NCBI GenBank assembly: GCA_902764415.1
Contig: CACWVU010000009.1
Location: 3,438-67,437 of the forward strand
Length of the DNA stretch: 64,000 nt
DNA from: an uncultured bacterium
Lineage (GTDB): Bacteria > Verrucomicrobiota > Kiritimatiellia > RFP12 > UBA1067
Direction of reading: 5' to 3'
Position 1 is the first letter of the stretch, and every line of letters starts with the position of its first letter. Positions 36,368 through 45,112 of this stretch are shown here, piece by piece. The notes beneath the pieces were generated by a model. The model was not told the origin of the DNA. It did no database searches and saw only the letters and a list, made by a program, of their open reading frames with translations. Both the position numbers and the translations under genes were made by a program.

Positions 36368-38284
36368 ATGAAAATGACCATGACGAAATACGTTTTTGCC
36401 GCGGTGGCCGCCGCGTCCATGCTGACCGCCGCCACGGCGACGGCAGACACCACCTCGCGCACGGTGCGCATCGCCGCCGTGAACTATGCGGGCGGCGTGG
36501 CGGCTTCGGTGGACGTGGCCGTCTCGGCCGGGGCCGACCCCATCAGCCTCTATGCCGTGCATGGTGCCGCAGACCAAGGCGCGAACATCGGCGCCTGGGA
36601 CCATATCGACCCCGTGGCCGTGGTTCCAGCAAGCGAAGTCGAGCAGACCTTTACCTACAATTTGAGATATCCGCGCGACGCCTTCTACCGCTTCATGCTG
36701 GCCACCTTCTCCTCGCCCTTTAAGAAGCAGCTCGCCTTCCTCAAGTCAACTGGTTCTGAGTATTTCGTCCTCGGCGGCAAATGTCCCAACCAAGACTGGC
36801 GCGTCCTCGCGGATGTCGAGTTCGACAGGTTGGCTTCAGGTGTGTCCGAAGGATTCTGGGGAGCCAGAAAGGCGGCGCGTGACTCGGCATTCCTCTGCCT
36901 GAGCCAGGGCGGTGCCGCGATACGTTTTGACATGGCGGGCGGGACGCCATTGTGGGCCGGCTCAAAAGACATCAAGTTCCAGATTGACGAGTCGAACCAT
37001 GGCGTGAGTATCGTGACTGCGCATAATGGCAGCATGGAAACGGTCAAAGTCAGCCACGATTCCTTCACGTCGCCGTGCCCGATGGCTCTTTTCGCCGTCA
37101 ACTCCAACGGATCGCCCACCGCGCTGAATCCTGGAACGATGACTCTTTATAGCTTCAAAGTGTGGACGAACCGGACGGACGAAGCCTCGCTTATCTACAA
37201 TCTTGTCCCCTGCGTCAAGAACGATGACACCGTGACCTTCTACAACCGGGTGGACGGGAGCTTCCTGCCGGTGACGAGCGGAACGTTCGGCTACAACGAA
37301 GCAGACGTAGTCGCTCCGACGGTTGGCGATTCAACGGTTGCCGCCTGTTCCGAACTCTTGGCCGTGGACAAGCACATCCTTGCAGCATCCATCGTGCGGC
37401 GCAACGATGTGCTGACGGCCAACCTTTCGCTCACGCCAGGACTGGGCACGAATAAAGTCGCGGTCGCGTATGGCGCGGCGGACTGCGGCGAAAACCCAGC
37501 GCACTGGGACAACTGCGCGATGCTGGGAATTGCCGCGCCCGAAGCGAGTTCTTTCTCAAGCGCACTGCCATTTGACTGGACCAATTCAGTTCGCTGCGTC
37601 CGGTTCTTCACCGTTGGGGCTTCGGATACAGTTGGCGACAAGCTGCTCCGGTCCTCGGGAACGCAGTATATCGTGACGGACTATACGCCGACGGGTCGGA
37701 CCAAGCTCGGGGCAAGGCTGGCGTTTATCGATACCGGGGCTTCGACGACTGTCATGTGGTCTGGCCGCGAGTCCGCCGGGGCCAAGTCATTCAACATGCT
37801 GCTGCTTAACACCAATAATCTCAGGTTTGATTACGCCAACAAGATTGGAAACAATATGTTTATCGTGCCAGCCGAAGGCCTGACTCTGCACACGGCATCG
37901 ATGGGCGGCGCATTGTGCGCATTAGACGGCACGGAAAAGACGATAACCGACGCGACCGTGACCGACTTCACCGCTGGTGCGCCGCTGACTTTCTTCGCCA
38001 TGAACACCGCCGATACAATTTCCTCTATCTCGTGCGTCGCGTTCGCCGAGGTGAAGGTGTGGTCCGACTTCGAGGACTCCAGTTCGCTGATCCTGCATCT
38101 TCTGCCGGCGGTGCAGGACGGCCAGTGCGGCTTCCGCGACATCCTGGAAGGCGGCAGGTTCTATCCCAACAGCGCCGAATCCGGCAACGACTTCGAAGTC
38201 CTATATCCTAATCTCAATGTCCACTCCGTCTCCGATCCGATTTCCAGCTCCGCCGGCACCGGCACGGCCATATACCTCATCTAG
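36368..38284 (+). CDS. Secreted hypothetical protein with an internal two-fold domain duplication
   Basis: Start at MKMTMTKYVFAAVAAASMLTAATATA (signal peptide). Two ~190-aa repeats: LKSTGSEYFVL..IRFDMA..LFAVNSNG..LYSFKVW..SLIYNLVP..G.FLP versus LRSSGTQYIVT..LRFDYA..FFAMNTAD..FAEVKVW..SLILHLLP..GRFYP. Lower GC than its neighbours. Confidence 0.65.
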   Translation: MKMTMTKYVFAAVAAASMLTAATATADTTSRTVRIAAVNYAGGVAASVDVAVSAGADPISLYAVHGAADQGANIGAWDHIDPVAVVPASEVEQTFTYNLRYPRDAFYRFMLATFSSPFKKQLAFLKSTGSEYFVLGGKCPNQDWRVLADVEFDRLASGVSEGFWGARKAARDSAFLCLSQGGAAIRFDMAGGTPLWAGSKDIKFQIDESNHGVSIVTAHNGSMETVKVSHDSFTSPCPMALFAVNSNGSPTALNPGTMTLYSFKVWTNRTDEASLIYNLVPCVKNDDTVTFYNRVDGSFLPVTSGTFGYNEADVVAPTVGDSTVAACSELLAVDKHILAASIVRRNDVLTANLSLTPGLGTNKVAVAYGAADCGENPAHWDNCAMLGIAAPEASSFSSALPFDWTNSVRCVRFFTVGASDTVGDKLLRSSGTQYIVTDYTPTGRTKLGARLAFIDTGASTTVMWSGRESAGAKSFNMLLLNTNNLRFDYANKIGNNMFIVPAEGLTLHTASMGGALCALDGTEKTITDATVTDFTAGAPLTFFAMNTADTISSISCVAFAEVKVWSDFEDSSSLILHLLPAVQDGQCGFRDILEGGRFYPNSAESGNDFEVLYPNLNVHSVSDPISSSAGTGTAIYLI

Positions 38285-38632
38285 CCCGCCGCAGCGTTTC
38301 AAGTCGCCGGCGCACCATGGCACTCTCCGCGGCAGTTTGCGAATATCACCCGACCGAAGGTCGTCCGCAACGCGGATGCGCTGGCAGGTGTGCAGTTTTG
38401 GTGCGTCTCTGCCTGCTTTCTCACGGAGCTTCATTAAGCGGCGAAGCGGGGGAGTGGTGCGAGTGAATCGACGGGTGCGACTCGCCGTGTGAGTGATCCT
38501 GTGCGCAACCAGCGATAGGATTCAGGCTGCCAGGGTGAGCCAGGCTGGTTGTCATAAGCGCGGAAGGCGACAAAGTCACCCGCGACGAGACCGAGCACCA
38601 GCTCCCCCGCGCCGCCGCGACCCACCTGTTTT

Positions 38633-38641
38633 TGGTATAAT
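38633..38641 (+). promoter_or_regulatory. Extended -10 promoter TGGTATAAT(ACGC), near-leaderless (9 nt to ATG 38651)
   Basis: gtttttGGTATAATacgcaccatATG. Confidence 0.5.
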
Positions 38642-38650
38642 ACGCACCAT

Positions 38651-39949
38651 ATGAAAGACCTGAAAGAAGCTTACCGGACCATCGAGGCGGACCACTTCGC
38701 GCCCGCGATGGAGATATCGTTCATCAACGGCGCGGCGCGCTCCACGCTCCGCTATGAGAAGGTCACGTGGTCGATCGGCGGCGAGGACAAGGGCCTCAGG
38801 TACGGCGAGAACCCCGGCCAGGAGGCCGCGCTCTACAAGCTCGTCAACGGGAACCTCGTCCTTGGCGACGTCGAGATGCTCCAGCCGGGCCAGTACCTCG
38901 CGTCCGTCCCCGAGCTGCTCCAGTCCGGCAAGCACCCCGGCAAGACGAACGTCACCGACACCGACAACGCGCTCAACATCCTCCGGTACCTGATGGACAA
39001 GCCGACCGCGGTCATCGTCAAGCACAACAACCCGTGCGGCGTCGCGACCGGCTCCACCCTCGCCGAGGCGTACTTCCGCGCGAACAAGGCGGACCGCCTC
39101 GCCGCGTTCGGCGGCGCGATCGCGCTTAACCGCGACTGCGACCTGGAGACCGCGAAGCTCATCGTCGAGAACTACGCCGAGGTGGTGGTCGCGCCCGACT
39201 TCGCGCCCGGCGTGATGGACCTCTTCGCCACCAAGAAGAACCTCCGCGTCTTCCGCATCAGGAACATGGCGCGGCTCACGGACTTCGTAGCGAAGCACGT
39301 CATCGACTTCAAGTCGCTCATCGACGGCGGCATAGTGGCGCAGACCTCGTTCAGCGCGAACGCCCGCAAGCCCGAGGACTTCATGCCCGCCTACTGCAAC
39401 CGCAAGGTCACCGACAAGGCGACGGGCGAAGTCCGCTACGAGGAGCACAAGATCAAGCGCCTGCCGACCGCGAAGGAGTACGAGGACCTCGTGTTCGGCT
39501 GGCTCGTCGAGGCCGGCGTCACCTCCAACTCCGTTCTCTACGTCAAGGACGGCGCGACGGTCGGCATCGGCACCGGCGAGCAGGACCGCGTCGGCGTCGC
39601 CGAGATCGCGCGCGACAAGGCGTACACCAAGCACGCGGACTGGATCGCGTGGGAAAAGTACCAGCTGCCGTTCAACGACCTCAGGCTCAAGTTCGGCGAG
39701 GACGACGGCGCGAAGAAGCAGGCCGAGATCATGGAGCAGACGAAGTCCGAGAAGGGCGGGCTCCCAGGCTGCGCGATGGTCTCCGACGCGTTCTTCCCGT
39801 TCCGCGACGGCGCCGAGGTGGGCATCCGCGAGGGCATCACCTCGATCGTCCAGCCCGGCGGCGCGATCCGCGACTGGGACGTGATCGACTGCTGCAACGA
39901 CGCGGGCGTGGCGATGGTCTTCACCGGCCAGCGCTCGTTCCGCCACTGA
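38651..39949 (+). CDS. AICAR transformylase-domain protein (PurH-like, lacking the N-terminal MGS/IMP cyclohydrolase domain)
   Basis: LRYGENPGQ; VKHNNPCGVA; AFGGAIALN; MVSDAFFPFRDG; IVQPGGAIRD. Confidence 0.8.
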   Translation: MKDLKEAYRTIEADHFAPAMEISFINGAARSTLRYEKVTWSIGGEDKGLRYGENPGQEAALYKLVNGNLVLGDVEMLQPGQYLASVPELLQSGKHPGKTNVTDTDNALNILRYLMDKPTAVIVKHNNPCGVATGSTLAEAYFRANKADRLAAFGGAIALNRDCDLETAKLIVENYAEVVVAPDFAPGVMDLFATKKNLRVFRIRNMARLTDFVAKHVIDFKSLIDGGIVAQTSFSANARKPEDFMPAYCNRKVTDKATGEVRYEEHKIKRLPTAKEYEDLVFGWLVEAGVTSNSVLYVKDGATVGIGTGEQDRVGVAEIARDKAYTKHADWIAWEKYQLPFNDLRLKFGEDDGAKKQAEIMEQTKSEKGGLPGCAMVSDAFFPFRDGAEVGIREGITSIVQPGGAIRDWDVIDCCNDAGVAMVFTGQRSFRH

Positions 39950-39962
39950 TACGGAGGCCGAG

Positions 39963-40370
39963 ATGAAGAACGACTGCGTGTTCTGCGCGATCGCCGCGGG
40001 CGAGATTCCGTGCTTCAAGGTGTTCGAGGACGACTTCGCCCTCGCCTACCTGGACATCAACCCGTTCTCCGAGGGCCACACCCTCGTCATCCCCAAGGCA
40101 CACACGACCGGGCTCCTGGACACGCCCGAGGAGACACTCGCCGCGCTGCTTGCGCGGGTGAAGAAGGTCGCCGCGCACCTCAAGACCGCGCTCGGCTGCG
40201 ACGGATTCCACATCCTGCAGAACAACGGCGCGGCGGCTGGGCAGACGGTCGGCCACATCCACTTCCACATCGTGCCGCGGCGCGAAGGCGACCCGATCGA
40301 GTTCGCGAACCGCCCCGGCGACATGGAGCATCTCAAGGCGCTCGCCGCGCGAATCGGCGTCTGCCGCTGA
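39963..40370 (+). CDS. HIT-family nucleotide hydrolase/transferase
   Basis: CVFCAI..., histidine triad [10 protein letters not shown]. Confidence 0.88.
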   Translation: MKNDCVFCAIAAGEIPCFKVFEDDFALAYLDINPFSEGHTLVIPKAHTTGLLDTPEETLAALLARVKKVAAHLKTALGCDGFHILQNNGAAAGQTVGHIHFHIVPRREGDPIEFANRPGDMEHLKALAARIGVCR

Positions 40371-41359
40371 TGCGGACTTTCCTCGAGGGACTGGCGTCGT
40401 TCGTCTCGCCCTGCGTGCTGCCGCTGGTGCCGGTGTACCTGGTCTACTTCGCGGCAGGGGACGCCGGCAAGGTCCGCACCGCCGTGCGCGCGCTCGCGTT
40501 CGTGGCCGGGTTCACGGCGGTGTTCGTGGCGCTCGGCGTGGCGGCGGGGACGCTCGGCGACGCGCTTGCCGCGCACCGCCGCCAGGTCGAGGTGGTCTGC
40601 GGCGTTGTGGTGGCGCTGCTGGGCCTTGGGTTCCTGGGGCTCTTCCGGCTGCCGTCGCTTGGCCGCATGCGCAAGGTGGAGGTGCGCGGGGTGGCGTCCG
40701 CCTTCCTTTTCGGAGTCGTCTTCTCGCTCTGCCTCTCACCGTGCGTGGGCGCGTTCCTTGCCGCGGCGCTGCTGGAGGCGGCGAGCGAGGGCGGGGCGGT
40801 TGCCGGCGGCATCAAGCTGGCCGTCTATTCGGCAGGGCTCGGGGTGCCGCTGGTCCTTTCCGCGCTGCTTGTCGACCAGCTCAAGGGCGCGCTTAAGTTC
40901 CTGCACGAGCGGGCGAAGGCGGTCAACGCCGTGTGCGGCGTGCTGCTGATTGCGTTTGGCGCGAGCATGGCGCTGCCGGGTTGCTCTTCGCAGGAGGCCA
41001 AGCCAGCGACGGAGGTTTCCGCCGCCGAGGCGCTGGCGGAGGCCGTGCCGCCGGAGGTGGAGGTCGTCGGCGAGGAGGCGTTCGAGCGCGAGGTGCTGGC
41101 GGAGGATGGCCCGGTGCTGGTGGACTTCTGGGCGCCCTGGTGCGGTCCCTGCCGGCAGATGGCGCCGGTGGTCGCCGAGATCGCGCGCTCCGGCAAGGCC
41201 AAGGTGGTTAAGGTGAACGTGGACGAGAACCGCGAGCTGGCCATGCGCTACGGCATCCGCGGCATTCCGGCGTTCAAGCTCTTCCGCGGCGGCAAGGTCG
41301 AGCGCGAGGCGCTCGGCAGCCAGTCCCGCAAGGGCCTCGAGGAGGCTCTCGGGCTCTAG
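40370..41359 (+). CDS. CcdA/DsbD-type thiol:disulfide transporter fused to a C-terminal thioredoxin domain
   Basis: Start ATG overlaps the HIT stop (TGATG). TM-embedded cysteines ([11 protein letters not shown]; [10 protein letters not shown]). C-terminal [14 protein letters not shown] thioredoxin motif. Confidence 0.82.
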   Translation: MRTFLEGLASFVSPCVLPLVPVYLVYFAAGDAGKVRTAVRALAFVAGFTAVFVALGVAAGTLGDALAAHRRQVEVVCGVVVALLGLGFLGLFRLPSLGRMRKVEVRGVASAFLFGVVFSLCLSPCVGAFLAAALLEAASEGGAVAGGIKLAVYSAGLGVPLVLSALLVDQLKGALKFLHERAKAVNAVCGVLLIAFGASMALPGCSSQEAKPATEVSAAEALAEAVPPEVEVVGEEAFEREVLAEDGPVLVDFWAPWCGPCRQMAPVVAEIARSGKAKVVKVNVDENRELAMRYGIRGIPAFKLFRGGKVEREALGSQSRKGLEEALGL

Positions 41360-41387
41360 CGCCGATTTGCGCGCTGGGGCGGGTTTT

Positions 41388-41396
41388 TGGTATACT
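41388..41396 (+). promoter_or_regulatory. Extended -10 promoter TGGTATACT(ACGC), near-leaderless (8 nt to ATG 41405)
   Basis: gtttttGGTATACTacgccgaaATG. Confidence 0.5.
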
Positions 41397-41404
41397 ACGC
41401 CGAA

Positions 41405-41932
41405 ATGCCTGCGAAGAAGAGAGATCCGCGTCCAAGCTGGGACGAATACTTCATGGACATCGCGCGCGTGGTGTCGCGGCGGTCGAACTGCAGCCGCCGC
41501 AGCGTCGGCGCGGTGATCATGAAGGAGAACCACATCCTCTCCACCGGCTACAACGGCACGCCGCGCCGGGTGAAGAACTGCTTCGAGGGCGGCTGCCCGC
41601 GCTGCGCCGGCAAGGCGAAGTCCGGCTCGCACCTGGACGAGTGCATCTGCTCCCATGCCGAGCAGAACGCGATCTGCCTGGCGGCGGAGCACGGCAACTC
41701 CATCGGCGGCGGCACCATCTACGTGACCATCTCGCCGTGCCTCACCTGCGCGAAGATGATCGTCAACGCCGGCCTCGCCGAGGTGGTGTACGGCGGCGAC
41801 TACGCGTTCCTCGACGTCGTCGGCGCGCTCTTCCGCGAGGCGGGCGTCAAGTACCGCCGGTTTGAGCCCGGCGCCAGGAAGTCGACAGTTTCAAAACCCA
41901 AAACAATTACCAAAGGGAGAAAAGGAAAATGA
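41405..41932 (+). CDS. dCMP deaminase (ComEB-type)
   Basis: SWDEYFMDIA; zinc ligands CSHAEQNA and SPCLTCAKMI. The MVYYAE codons of the ORF track are the promoter box. Confidence 0.88.
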   Translation: MPAKKRDPRPSWDEYFMDIARVVSRRSNCSRRSVGAVIMKENHILSTGYNGTPRRVKNCFEGGCPRCAGKAKSGSHLDECICSHAEQNAICLAAEHGNSIGGGTIYVTISPCLTCAKMIVNAGLAEVVYGGDYAFLDVVGALFREAGVKYRRFEPGARKSTVSKPKTITKGRKGK

Positions 41933-42690
41933 GCAGAAGGAAAATCATCGCCGGCAACTGGAAGATGAACGTCAAGCCGTCCGAGACGGCGGCGCTCGTG
42001 AAGGCCGTCGCCGAGGCCACCAAGGACTTCACGTCGGTCGAGGTCGTGTGCTGCACGCCCGCGATCGACGTCCCCGCCGCGGTCGCCGCGGCCGCCGGCA
42101 CGCAGGTCGGCGTCGGCACCGAGAACTGCCACTGGGAGGACCACGGCGCGTTCACCGGCGAGATCTCGACCGGGATGATCCTCGACGCCGGCGCCAAGTA
42201 CGTGATCGTCGGCCACTCCGAGCGCCGCCAGTACTTCGGCGAGACGGACGAGACGGTCAACAAGCGCGCGCGCGCGGCGATCGCCGCCGGGCTCACCGCC
42301 ATCGTCTGCATCGGCGAGACGCTCGAGGAGCGCGAGGCCGGCAAGCTCAACGAGGTCATCGAGCGCCAGATGAAGGTCGGCCTCGCCGGCGTCACCGCCG
42401 CCGACTGCGCGAAGCTCGTGATCGCCTACGAGCCGGTCTGGGCGATCGGCACCGGCAAGACCGCGACGCCCGACCAGGCGCAGGAGGTGCACGCGCTCAT
42501 CCGCGCCACCCTCGCCGGGCTCGTCGGCGCCGAGACGGCCGAGACCGTCCGCATCCAGTACGGCGGCTCGATGAAGCCGTCGAACGCGGCGGAGCTGCTT
42601 GCCAAGAAGGACATCGACGGCGGCCTCATCGGCGGCGCGGCGCTCAAGGCGGCCGACTTCGCCGGCATCGTCGCGGCGGCCAACGCCTGA
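41929..42690 (+). CDS. tpiA: Triosephosphate isomerase
   Basis: IAGNWKMN; VIVGHSERR; AYEPVWAIGTG; QYGGS. Confidence 0.96.
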   Translation: MSRRKIIAGNWKMNVKPSETAALVKAVAEATKDFTSVEVVCCTPAIDVPAAVAAAAGTQVGVGTENCHWEDHGAFTGEISTGMILDAGAKYVIVGHSERRQYFGETDETVNKRARAAIAAGLTAIVCIGETLEEREAGKLNEVIERQMKVGLAGVTAADCAKLVIAYEPVWAIGTGKTATPDQAQEVHALIRATLAGLVGAETAETVRIQYGGSMKPSNAAELLAKKDIDGGLIGGAALKAADFAGIVAAANA

Positions 42691-42719
42691 GCATCGCCGC
42701 GGCGGCGGGAGGGAAGATA

Positions 42720-43340
42720 ATGACTGGATTCGCTGAGTTCGTTCGTCCGCGCGGATGCGCGGCAGTTCTCCTCTGCCTCGCCGCCGCGGGCTGCTTCGAC
42801 GAGCCGACGCCGGCGTACAAGACGGTGCCGGAGGGCGCGCGCGTCTACCTGCACGACCAGGGGCTGAAGGACCTCTCGTCCTGCCAGGACGCGCTCCGCC
42901 CGGACGTCGTCGACTACCTCAACCTCGACCGCAACCAGCTCACCAACGTCGACGCGGTAGCGTCGCTCACCGGTCTCAAGTGGCTCCGGCTCAACGAGAA
43001 CCGGCTTGCCGCGCTCCCTGACCTCTCGGGGCTGAAGAAGCTGCGCCGCGTCTACCTCAGGAACAACAAGTTCACCCAGGTGCCGGAGACGCTGAAGGAC
43101 CTCCCGGAGCTCACCGACCTCGACATCTCCTGGAACGACGTCACGGAGGTGCCGGATTGGCTCGCGAAGCGCGAGGGGCTCGAGAACCTCTCCTTCACCC
43201 ACACCAAGATCAAGCTCCTGCCGGACGACCTCAGCGCGTGGCGCTCGCTCAAGAGCCTCCAGCTCGGCGACCTGGACCTCAACCCGGCCGAGCTGTCGCG
43301 CATCCGCGCGGCGCTGCCGGACGTGGCCATCGTCTTCTGA
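42720..43340 (+). CDS. Leucine-rich-repeat lipoprotein
   Basis: Lipobox LLCLAAAGC. At least five LxxLxLxxNxL repeats (YLNLDRNQLTNV, WLRLNENRLAAL, VYLRNNKFTQV, DLDISWNDVTEV...). The ORF-track N-terminus (41862) was rejected as a shadow of tpiA. Confidence 0.75.
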   Translation: MTGFAEFVRPRGCAAVLLCLAAAGCFDEPTPAYKTVPEGARVYLHDQGLKDLSSCQDALRPDVVDYLNLDRNQLTNVDAVASLTGLKWLRLNENRLAALPDLSGLKKLRRVYLRNNKFTQVPETLKDLPELTDLDISWNDVTEVPDWLAKREGLENLSFTHTKIKLLPDDLSAWRSLKSLQLGDLDLNPAELSRIRAALPDVAIVF

Positions 43341-43348
43341 CGCGCGCC

Positions 43349-43666
43349 ATGAGGCGGGAGCGCGTCGAGATTCCGGCGGCGGGCGGCGAGGCGCCGCTCG
43401 CCGTGGACGCAGACGTCGCGGAGACCTTCGCCGAACGCGCCCGCGGCCTCATCGCGCGCCCGGCCCCGGCGCCGGGCCGCGGACTGCTAATTCCGCGCTG
43501 CAACGCCATCCACACCCTCTTCATGCGCTACCCGATCGACGCCGTCTTCCTCGACCGCGCGGGCCGCGTCGTCCGGCGCGTCCGCGGCATCCGGCCCTGG
43601 CGTTTTTTCGTCTGGGGAGGCTGGCGCGCCTGCCAAGTCCTCGAAATTTCTCCCGGGGCGATTTGA
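43349..43666 (+). CDS. DUF192-family protein
   Basis: ERARGLIAR...GLLIPRCNAIHTLFMRYPIDAVFLD resembles the DUF192 core; 105 aa. Confidence 0.55.
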   Translation: MRRERVEIPAAGGEAPLAVDADVAETFAERARGLIARPAPAPGRGLLIPRCNAIHTLFMRYPIDAVFLDRAGRVVRRVRGIRPWRFFVWGGWRACQVLEISPGAI

Positions 43667-43683
43667 CCTAAGCGGCACATTTA

Positions 43684-43692
43684 TGGTATTAT
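43684..43692 (+). promoter_or_regulatory. Extended -10 promoter TGGTATTAT(ACGC) for nusA-infB
   Basis: tttaTGGTATTATacgc; ~80-nt leader with AAGGAG RBS before ATG 43774. Confidence 0.5.
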
Positions 43693-43773
43693 ACGCAAGT
43701 TTTCGGCGATCCAGCGGGTCGATCCGTGGGGTTTCTGTTACAAAATGAAAAAAGAAAAGGCAAGGAGCTTCAG

Positions 43774-45063
43774 ATGGCGATGAACAATCAGCTGTTGGCG
43801 GTGGTCCAGCACATCGAGAACGAGCGCGGCGTGAGCCGCGAGATCGTGCTGACCGCGATCGAGGCGGCGATTCAGCAGGCTGCGAAGAAAAACGCGAACG
43901 TGACGAACGACGTGAAGGTGGTGATCGACCGCAAGGACCTCTCGCTGCACGTCTACGACAAGCTGGTCTGCTCCGACGAGGACACCGGCCCCGGCTTCAT
44001 CCCGCTGGCGACCGCGGCGCGCTACAACCACGGCAACCCGGTGAAGGAGGGGCAGACGATCACCATCGAGATGCCGGCCTCGCGGCTCGGGCGCATCGCG
44101 GCGCAGACCTCGCGGCAGCTGATCATGCAGAAGATCCGCGACGCCGAGCGCAGCAACGTCTTCTCCGAGTACAAGGACCGCGTCGGCGACATCGTCTCCG
44201 GTACGGTGAGCGCGATCTCCCGCCGCGACACCTACGTGACCGTGGGCAAGACCGAGATGCTGCTGCCGGGCAAGGAGCGCATCCCCACCGAGAACTACCA
44301 GGTCGGCGACCCCATCAAGGCGATCATCAAGCGCGTGGAGCAGGATCCGGCGAAGGGCCCGAGCGTGATCCTGAGCCGCACCGACCCGAAGTTCGTGGAG
44401 GCGCTCTTCCGCCTCGAGGTCAGCGAGATCGCCGACGGCGTGGTGGAGATCATGGGCGTGAGCCGCGACCCGGGCTACCGGGCGAAGCTCGCGGTGCGCA
44501 CCTCGAACGAGAACGTCGACCCCGTGGGCGCGTGCGTGGGCCAGCGCGGCAGCCGGGTGCGGACGATCGTGGACGAGCTGAACGGCGAGAAGATCGACAT
44601 CGTGCGCTGGAACGAGGACATCCGCCAGTACGTGGTCGGGGCGCTGGCGCCGGCGAGGCTCGAGTCGATCGAGGTCGACCCGGTCGAGCCGAACACGGTG
44701 CACGTGGTGGTGGCGTCCGACCAGTATTCGCTGGCGATCGGCAAGCGCGGCCAGAACGTCAAGCTGACCTCGAAGCTCACCGGCTGGCACGTCGAGGTGA
44801 AGCGCTCGATGGCGACGGCGTCCTTCGAGGACCAGAAGGCGGAGGCGATCAAGGAGCTCGCGGAGATGTTCTCGGTGTCGATCGCGGCGGCCACCAAGAT
44901 GGCCGACGCCGGCTTCCTCGACGTCGAGGGCATCGCCGACGCCGACGAGGCGAGCTTCATCGCCTCCTCCGGGCTCGACGAAGTGCAGGCCAAGGGCGTC
45001 TATGCCGCCGCCAAGGCGGTGGCGGCGCTGACTTCCGGCAAGGCCGACGTCGAGGACAAGTAG
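43774..45063 (+). CDS. nusA: Transcription termination/antitermination factor NusA
   Basis: Start at MAMNNQLLAVVQHIENERGVS. S1 domain GDIVSGTV; KH domains GACVGQRGSRVRTIVDELNGEKIDIV and AIGKRGQNVKLTSKLTGW. Confidence 0.95.
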   Translation: MAMNNQLLAVVQHIENERGVSREIVLTAIEAAIQQAAKKNANVTNDVKVVIDRKDLSLHVYDKLVCSDEDTGPGFIPLATAARYNHGNPVKEGQTITIEMPASRLGRIAAQTSRQLIMQKIRDAERSNVFSEYKDRVGDIVSGTVSAISRRDTYVTVGKTEMLLPGKERIPTENYQVGDPIKAIIKRVEQDPAKGPSVILSRTDPKFVEALFRLEVSEIADGVVEIMGVSRDPGYRAKLAVRTSNENVDPVGACVGQRGSRVRTIVDELNGEKIDIVRWNEDIRQYVVGALAPARLESIEVDPVEPNTVHVVVASDQYSLAIGKRGQNVKLTSKLTGWHVEVKRSMATASFEDQKAEAIKELAEMFSVSIAAATKMADAGFLDVEGIADADEASFIASSGLDEVQAKGVYAAAKAVAALTSGKADVEDK

Positions 45064-45112
45064 GACCGGCCTGGGGCGAAGCGCGACCAAACGACTTACG
45101 GGGGCCATCGCA

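Noticed and set aside
38285-38632. An unusually long (~350 bp) high-GC non-coding gap between the duplicated secreted-protein gene and the purH-like promoter. It contains only short ORFs (38217..38492+, 38434..38625-). I considered an ncRNA or a decayed gene.
   Set aside because: There is no recognisable RNA-family signature, no convincing terminator or promoter pair, and no protein motif in any frame. I cannot support a feature from sequence alone; an Rfam scan or RNA-seq would be needed.
43349-43773. Absence of rimP (and of a tRNA) upstream of nusA, taken as a rearrangement signal.
   Set aside because: The nusA promoter and leader look intact, and the upstream genes are ordinary core genes. 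rimP may simply lie elsewhere, so this is not informative without the whole genome.
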